Source: Methanosarcinales archaeon
GTDB taxonomy: Bacteria > Chloroflexota > Anaerolineae > Anaerolineales > E44-bin32
Length of the DNA: 34,831 nt
Assembly (NCBI GenBank): GCA_048629905.1
Contig: JAIWHF010000003.1
Coordinates: 1 to 34,831, forward strand
Reading direction: 5' to 3'
Below the pieces are notes generated by a model. The model was not told the DNA's origin. It searched no databases and saw nothing but the letters and a program-made list of their open reading frames with translations. This document shows positions 29,510 through 34,831 of this stretch, piece by piece; the first letter of the stretch is position 1, and the number at the start of each line of letters is the position of its first letter. Position numbers and translations under genes: made by a program.

Positions 29510-29643
29510 AATTGCGGTTTGCCCCGCCTGCTGGGTGCTTGACCCCGCATAATCAAACATACCTTCCAGCACCTTGGTAAGCGCGGCCTGTTCAATCCCA
29601 AGCAAACGCTTTCCAAGACCCAATCTAAAAGGACCAAAAAGAG

Positions 29644-30198
29644 ATGAGCGACACGGGATCCTCAAACGGCAAACTGAAGAAGGCTCAGGAACATCCAAGC
29701 GGTGATGAGCGCTACGTAGCCCTCGATCGCACGATGAAGCGCTTCCATAACGAGAAGGATGCACTGCTCGAAGTGCTGCACTCCGCACAGGAAACTTTCG
29801 GCTACCTGTCAGAAGAGCTTCTTATCTACATTTCTAACCATTTGCACGTGCCGTTAAGTCAGGTATACGGCGTCGCTACCTTTTACCATCTATTCAGCTT
29901 TGAACCTCAAGGCAAGCACAGTTGCATTGTTTGCACGGGCACAGCCTGCCACGTTAAGGGCTCCTCAGAAATCGTCGAAGAGATGTCCGCCGTACTCAAC
30001 ATCCCCGTGGGGAAAACCACCGATGACGGGTTGTTTAGCCTCTCGACGGCCCGCTGCTTGGGCTGCTGCGGTCTCGCTCCCGTTGCCGTGATCAACGGCG
30101 AGATACAAGGAAAAGCTACACCGGAGACGATCGCTGAAAAAGTGGGGCTAATCTTGACGGACGAGAGGGTCGCACAGGATCAAGAGGAGGCCGGATGA
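29644..30198 (+). CDS. hoxE: HoxE/NuoE-like [2Fe-2S] diaphorase subunit
   Basis: [43 protein letters not shown] and [10 protein letters not shown]; the N-terminus is typical of HoxE. Confidence 0.85.
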   Translation: MSDTGSSNGKLKKAQEHPSGDERYVALDRTMKRFHNEKDALLEVLHSAQETFGYLSEELLIYISNHLHVPLSQVYGVATFYHLFSFEPQGKHSCIVCTGTACHVKGSSEIVEEMSAVLNIPVGKTTDDGLFSLSTARCLGCCGLAPVAVINGEIQGKATPETIAEKVGLILTDERVAQDQEEAG

Positions 30199-31889
30199 GC
30201 CGCGAAAAGCTTGATCAGATAGCTGAGAAGGAACAGGCGCGTCAATCCCAATTTGACAAACGAATACATTGCTGCATCAGCACAGCTTGTCTATCCGCCG
30301 GGGCGGGTCATACGATCCAAACCCTGCGCGACTCAGTCGAGGCCGCCCCGACCGGAGACGAGGTCGAAGTGGTGCAGACGGGATGCATGGGGCTTTGCAG
30401 CCGTGGTCCTCTCGTGCGCGTCCAGGAGAAGTCGGGCGAGGAAGTCTACTACGCCGACGTTGACTCTGAATGCGCGGAGGAGCTTGTCGTCAAGACTGTG
30501 TCCTGGGATCCGGAGGAGGCGAAACAGCAGGAGCTCTCCCCGGAACTTCAGGCGGTACGCGACCGCCTCGAGGCTGCCCGTAAAAAGAGATCGCTCAAGA
30601 AACACATCCTCTCTCCCGATCTACCTTTCTTCACCAAACAATTCAAGGTGGTCCTCCGTGATGTGGGTTATGTTGACCCTGAGAAGCTCGAGGATTACCT
30701 CGCGCATGGCGGCTATCAAGCGCTGCACAAGGTGCTCACCGAGATGAGCCCCGAGCAAGTGTGCGATGAGATACTGCGCAGCGGTCTACGAGGACGCGGC
30801 GGAGCGGGTTTCCCCACCGGCTTGAAGTGGGGCTTCGTTCGTCGAGAAGAATCGGACGTCAAGTACGTCGTCGTCAATGGCGACGAGGGTGACCCGGGCG
30901 CCTATATGGACCGCACCGTGATGGAGGACAACCCCCATCAAGTTCTCGAAGGCATGATGATCGCCGCCTATGCTGTTGGTGCCAACCATGGTTATTTTTA
31001 CATTCGTGCGGAATATCCCATCGCCATAGATCGAATTCGGGGCGCCATTCGCGCCGCGCGACGCCACGGGATCCTGGGTAAATCCGTCCTGGGCACGGAT
31101 TTCTCCTATAGCGCCGATGTGCGCATTGGCGCCGGCGCCTTTGTCTGCGGCGAAGAGACGGCCCTGATCCACTCCATCGAGGGAAAGCGTGGTGTACCGC
31201 GCATGCGCCCCCCCTATCCGTCCACATCGGGCCTGTGGGGTAAACCCACAGTGATCAACAACGTCGAAACCTTGGCGAGCGTCCCCGCAATCATCAAGGA
31301 AGGCGCTGATTGGTACGCTCAGATCGGCACCGAGAAAAGCAAAGGCACGAAAGTGTTCGCACTCGCAGGTCAGCTCACCAACACCGGCCTGATTGAGGTG
31401 CCCATGGGCATCACCCTGAAGGAGATCGTCTACGAGATCGGAGGCGACGTGCCCGGGGACGCCGAGTTCAAGGCCGCACAGACAGGCGGACCGTCCGGCG
31501 GTTGCATCCCAAATACGCACATGGATACGCCCGTCGATTACGAGAGCCTCCAGGAACTGGGCTCGATCATGGGTTCGGGCGGGTTGGTCATCATTGATAG
31601 CACAACGTCCATGCCCGAGTTCGCGCGCTTTTTCATGGATTTCTGCGTAGACGAGAGTTGTGGAAAATGCGTCCCTTGTCGAGTGGGCACCGTGCAAATA
31701 CGCACACTGCTAGACAAGATCATCGAGGGACGCGGCGAGCCAGAGGACCTCGACGAGCTTGAAGCTCTCTGTAAGCTTGTGAGATCGACAAGCCTTTGCG
31801 GTCTGGGCCAATCGGCACCAAACCCGGTACTCAGCACGCTGCGCTTCTTCCGCCAGGAATACGAAGCGCTGATGCCGACGAGCGCCTGA
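30195..31889 (+). CDS. hoxF: HoxF/NuoF-like NAD(H)/FMN-binding diaphorase subunit
   Basis: N-terminal thioredoxin-like [2Fe-2S] domain (CCISTAC...GCMGLC), [48 protein letters not shown]...LCGLG. No C-terminal 2x[4Fe-4S] domain; ATGA overlap with hoxE. Confidence 0.87.
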   Translation: MSREKLDQIAEKEQARQSQFDKRIHCCISTACLSAGAGHTIQTLRDSVEAAPTGDEVEVVQTGCMGLCSRGPLVRVQEKSGEEVYYADVDSECAEELVVKTVSWDPEEAKQQELSPELQAVRDRLEAARKKRSLKKHILSPDLPFFTKQFKVVLRDVGYVDPEKLEDYLAHGGYQALHKVLTEMSPEQVCDEILRSGLRGRGGAGFPTGLKWGFVRREESDVKYVVVNGDEGDPGAYMDRTVMEDNPHQVLEGMMIAAYAVGANHGYFYIRAEYPIAIDRIRGAIRAARRHGILGKSVLGTDFSYSADVRIGAGAFVCGEETALIHSIEGKRGVPRMRPPYPSTSGLWGKPTVINNVETLASVPAIIKEGADWYAQIGTEKSKGTKVFALAGQLTNTGLIEVPMGITLKEIVYEIGGDVPGDAEFKAAQTGGPSGGCIPNTHMDTPVDYESLQELGSIMGSGGLVIIDSTTSMPEFARFFMDFCVDESCGKCVPCRVGTVQIRTLLDKIIEGRGEPEDLDELEALCKLVRSTSLCGLGQSAPNPVLSTLRFFRQEYEALMPTSA

Positions 31890-31933
31890 GCGATAGTGAG
31901 CATGACAATCCATTGGCTGATAGGGAGTTCAAC

Positions 31934-34777
31934 ATGATCACCTTGAGCATCGACACAAAGACCATCCAGGTGGCGCCAGATACGAACATACTCAAGGCCG
32001 CCCTCGACAACGGCATCCATATACCCCATCTTTGCTACCATCCCGAACTCAGCATCTCCGGAGGCTGCCGCCTTTGTCTGGTCGAAGTGGAGGGCCAAGA
32101 CCAGCCTGTACTGAGCTGCGGACTCACCGCTGCAGAAGGCATGGTCATTCAAACCCAATCAGAACAACTCACGGAACTGCGGCGAGGTGTTCTCGATCTC
32201 TTCATCTCCGATCACCCCCTCGATTGCGTGGTATGCGATAAGGCAGGATCCTGCACGCTGCAGGAATACGCCTATGAATACGGTCTTAAAGAAACGAGCT
32301 ATGAGCCGACGGTCTCCTCTACTCTGTTTCAAGACGACAATCCCTTCTTCTTGCGTGATCATCAGTATTGCATCCTCTGCGGGCGCTGCGTGCGCGTGTG
32401 TGACGAAATCGTAGGTGTCCACGCGATCGATTTCGCCAATCGAGGCTTCGAAACAAACATTGCCACCCCGTATGACGGCCCGATGATCGACTCTACCTGC
32501 GTCTTCTGCGGCAACTGTGTACAAGTATGTCCCACGGCGGCGTTGATGCCAGTATCAAGACTACAGCGCGGTCGGGAATGGGATTTAGATCGCACTTTAT
32601 CCGTCTGCGGCTACTGCGGCGTCGGCTGCCAGATCGAGTACGCCACCAAGGACGACGCCATCATCTATGCCCAGGCTCCTGAGCATGGCGCGGCCAACGG
32701 GCCCTTTCTTTGCACAAAAGGCCGATATGGATGGGATTTCGCCACCAGCCCGGAACGCCTGAAGCAACCCATGCTTCGTCGAGACGTCGCATATAAACTC
32801 GGACTGACCGAAGAACCCTGGGAGCTGCCGGAAACCTCGCCGCTGGATATTCGTAAGCCCAATGTTGAGCAGTATTTTGTCCCCGTCGATTGGGACACAG
32901 CGCTCGAGTTCGTCTCCTCCCGACTGAGCGAAATTACTGAAAGCCACGGCCCTGATTCGATCATGGGCCTGGCTTCCGCCCGCTGCACCAACGAGGATAA
33001 TTACCTCTTCCAGAAATTCATGAGAGCAGTGATCGGCACCAATAACATCGATCACTGTGCCAGGCTTTGACACAGCAGCACCGTTGCAGGCCTCGTGAAG
33101 GCCTTCGGTAGAGGCGCAATGACCAACTCTGTCCGCGAGATCCGCGACGCAGATTGCATCTTCATCACCGGATCCAACACAGCGGAAGCGCATCCCGTTA
33201 TCAGCTATGAGGTCGTGCGTGCGGTGAAGAAAGGCGCTCACCTTATCATCATCGACCCCCGACGCATCCCCCTCGTCGATCACGCCACTCTCTTCCTCCA
33301 GCCCCACCCCGGCACCGATATCTATGTTTTCCTGGCGATGATGCATGTGATCATTCGCGAAGGCTGGATGGATGAAACCTTCATAGCGGAACGCACCGAA
33401 GATTATGATGCGTTTGCCGCCATCCTCGAGGGTTACACACCAGAAAGGGCTTCTCTGGCATCCGGAGTTCCGGAGGAGAAAATTATTCAGGCAGCGCGCT
33501 GGTACGCCCTGGGCGAACGCGCACATGGTGAATCCATCTACGAGGAAGCCCGCGGCCATAGCTCTATTCTCTACGCCATGGGCATCACCCAGCGCAGCAA
33601 TGGCACTGACAACGTTCTCACCCTGGCCAACCTGAGTATGCTCTGCGGCCAGATCGGAAAGCCATCCACAGGCGTCAACCCACTGCGAGGACAAGCCAAC
33701 GTCCAGGGCGCCTGTGACGTCGGCGGATTAGTTAACGTGTTGCCGGGTTATCAACAGGTAACCGATGACAAGCTGCGCGGGAAAACAGCCAAGGCCTGGG
33801 AAGTTGAACAACTCCCATGCGATGTGGGGTTGACCATCGTGGAATCCACGCATGCCGCGCTGGCTGGCGAAGTTCACGCCATATACGTCATGGGGGAGAA
33901 CCCCATGATGTCGGATCCCAACAGCAATCACGTCGAAGAAGCCTTTCGGAAGCTGGACTTGCTTATCGTGCAGGATATTTTCCCCAGCGAGACGGCCTAT
34001 CTGGCCCATGTTCTGCTCCCCGCCGCATCATCGCTAGAGAAGGACGGCACCTTCACCAATACCGAGCGGCGCGTTCAGAGAATTCGTAAGGTCATTCCCC
34101 CTCCAGGTGAGGCGCTAGCGGATTGGTCCATCATCGCCGAAATTGCCGCTCGCGTAACCCAAAAGCTGGACCGCAAACCGGGTCCTGAAGCATGGAAGTA
34201 CGATTCGGCTTCTTCGATTTTCGATGAGCTGACACTCGTGACCCCGATCTATAGCGGCATGAGTTATGACCGCCTTGAGCCCGCGGGATTGCAGTGGCCC
34301 TGCCCGAGCGAAACACATCCAGGCACGCCCATCCTTCATGTTGATACTTTCGCGAGGGGTCAAGGTAAATTCCACGCCGTCGAAGCTCGAGACCCTGCTG
34401 AGATGACGGACGAGGAATACCCCCTCACCCTCACCACCGGACGAGTCCTGTATCACTATCACTCGGGAACCATGACCCGCCGCAGCGCGCCGCTCCACTG
34501 GCGTGAACCAAGAGGGTACGCTGAAATCAACCCCCAGGACGCCGAGGCCCTCGGCCTCAAGGATGGCTTTGCCGTGATCATCCACAGCCGGCGAGGAACG
34601 ATTCGCACGAAGACGAAGATCTCAGACGGGGTTCCCCCCGGCACGGTTTTCCTGGCGTTCCACTGGCGCGAAGCGCCAGCTAATCGCCTTACCCAGGATC
34701 ACACCCTGGACCCGATCGCCAAGATACCCGAATACAAGATCTCCGCTATCCGCCTGGAGAATCCCCGCGCCCGCTGA
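31934..34777 (+). CDS. fdhF: Selenocysteine-containing formate dehydrogenase alpha subunit (Mo/W-bis-PGD), 947 aa, Sec at codon 379
   Basis: ATG 31934 behind AGGGAG. NuoG/HoxU-like Fe-S N-terminus, CGYCGVGC...C, then DHCARL-TGA(33068-33070)-HSSTVAGL in frame with the 33095 ORF. Later motifs: PLRGQANVQG, EKDGTFTNTERR, LTTGR, PEYK. Confidence 0.93.
33080..33109 (+). promoter_or_regulatory. Bacterial SECIS-like stem-loop
   Basis: ACCG-UUGC-AGGCCU-[CGUGA]-AGGCCU-U-CGGU begins 9 nt after the UGA; the apical loop starts 23 nt after the UGA with G at loop position 2. Confidence 0.7.
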
Positions 34778-34831
34778 GCGATGCGCTCATCAAGCTTTCA
34801 CTCCAAACGTTAGCTTTAATGATTCTCCTCC

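Noticed and set aside
31796-33070. FDH as a split gene or nonsense pseudogene
   Set aside because: The TGA sits exactly at the catalytic Sec/Cys position, the frame continues, and a SECIS-like hairpin follows.
30786-33694. 303-aa and 365-aa minus-strand ORFs opposite hoxF and fdh
   Set aside because: Antisense shadows in GC-rich coding DNA; no motifs.
1-34831. CRISPR array, IS element, integrase, prophage or tRNA-Sec
   Set aside because: No periodic direct repeats, transposase or integrase motifs, or additional cloverleaf were seen by eye.

Overview
Bacterial chromosomal window, probably Chloroflexota class Anaerolineae (inferred from gene order and EF-Tu motifs). Minus strand, 29.0 kb to 7.2 kb: PIN/TRAM gene, cysS, rlmB, tRNA-Thr/Tyr/Thr, tuf, the S10-spc-alpha ribosomal protein superoperon, truA and rplM-rpsI. 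It continues into accessory genes: yabN/mazG, a metallophosphoesterase lipoprotein, hemolysin III, GNAT, an NAD-dependent oxidoreductase and an ABC-2 exporter. Plus strand, 29.6-34.8 kb: a divergent operon of HoxE-like and HoxF-like diaphorase subunits and a Mo/W-bis-PGD formate dehydrogenase alpha subunit. The two FDH ORFs in the track are one gene joined by an in-frame UGA (selenocysteine) followed by a SECIS-like hairpin. Other notable observations: an adenylate-kinase-like relic between secY and map; a tRNA-tuf-rpsJ junction that looks like a tufB/tufA chimera (recombination or assembly collapse); a structured leader with terminator before PIN/TRAM-cysS; a GTGA-N6-TCAC operator before the FDH operon; a promoter inside the map 3' end; and four structured spacers in the r-protein operon. 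No CRISPR array, transposase or phage genes were seen.
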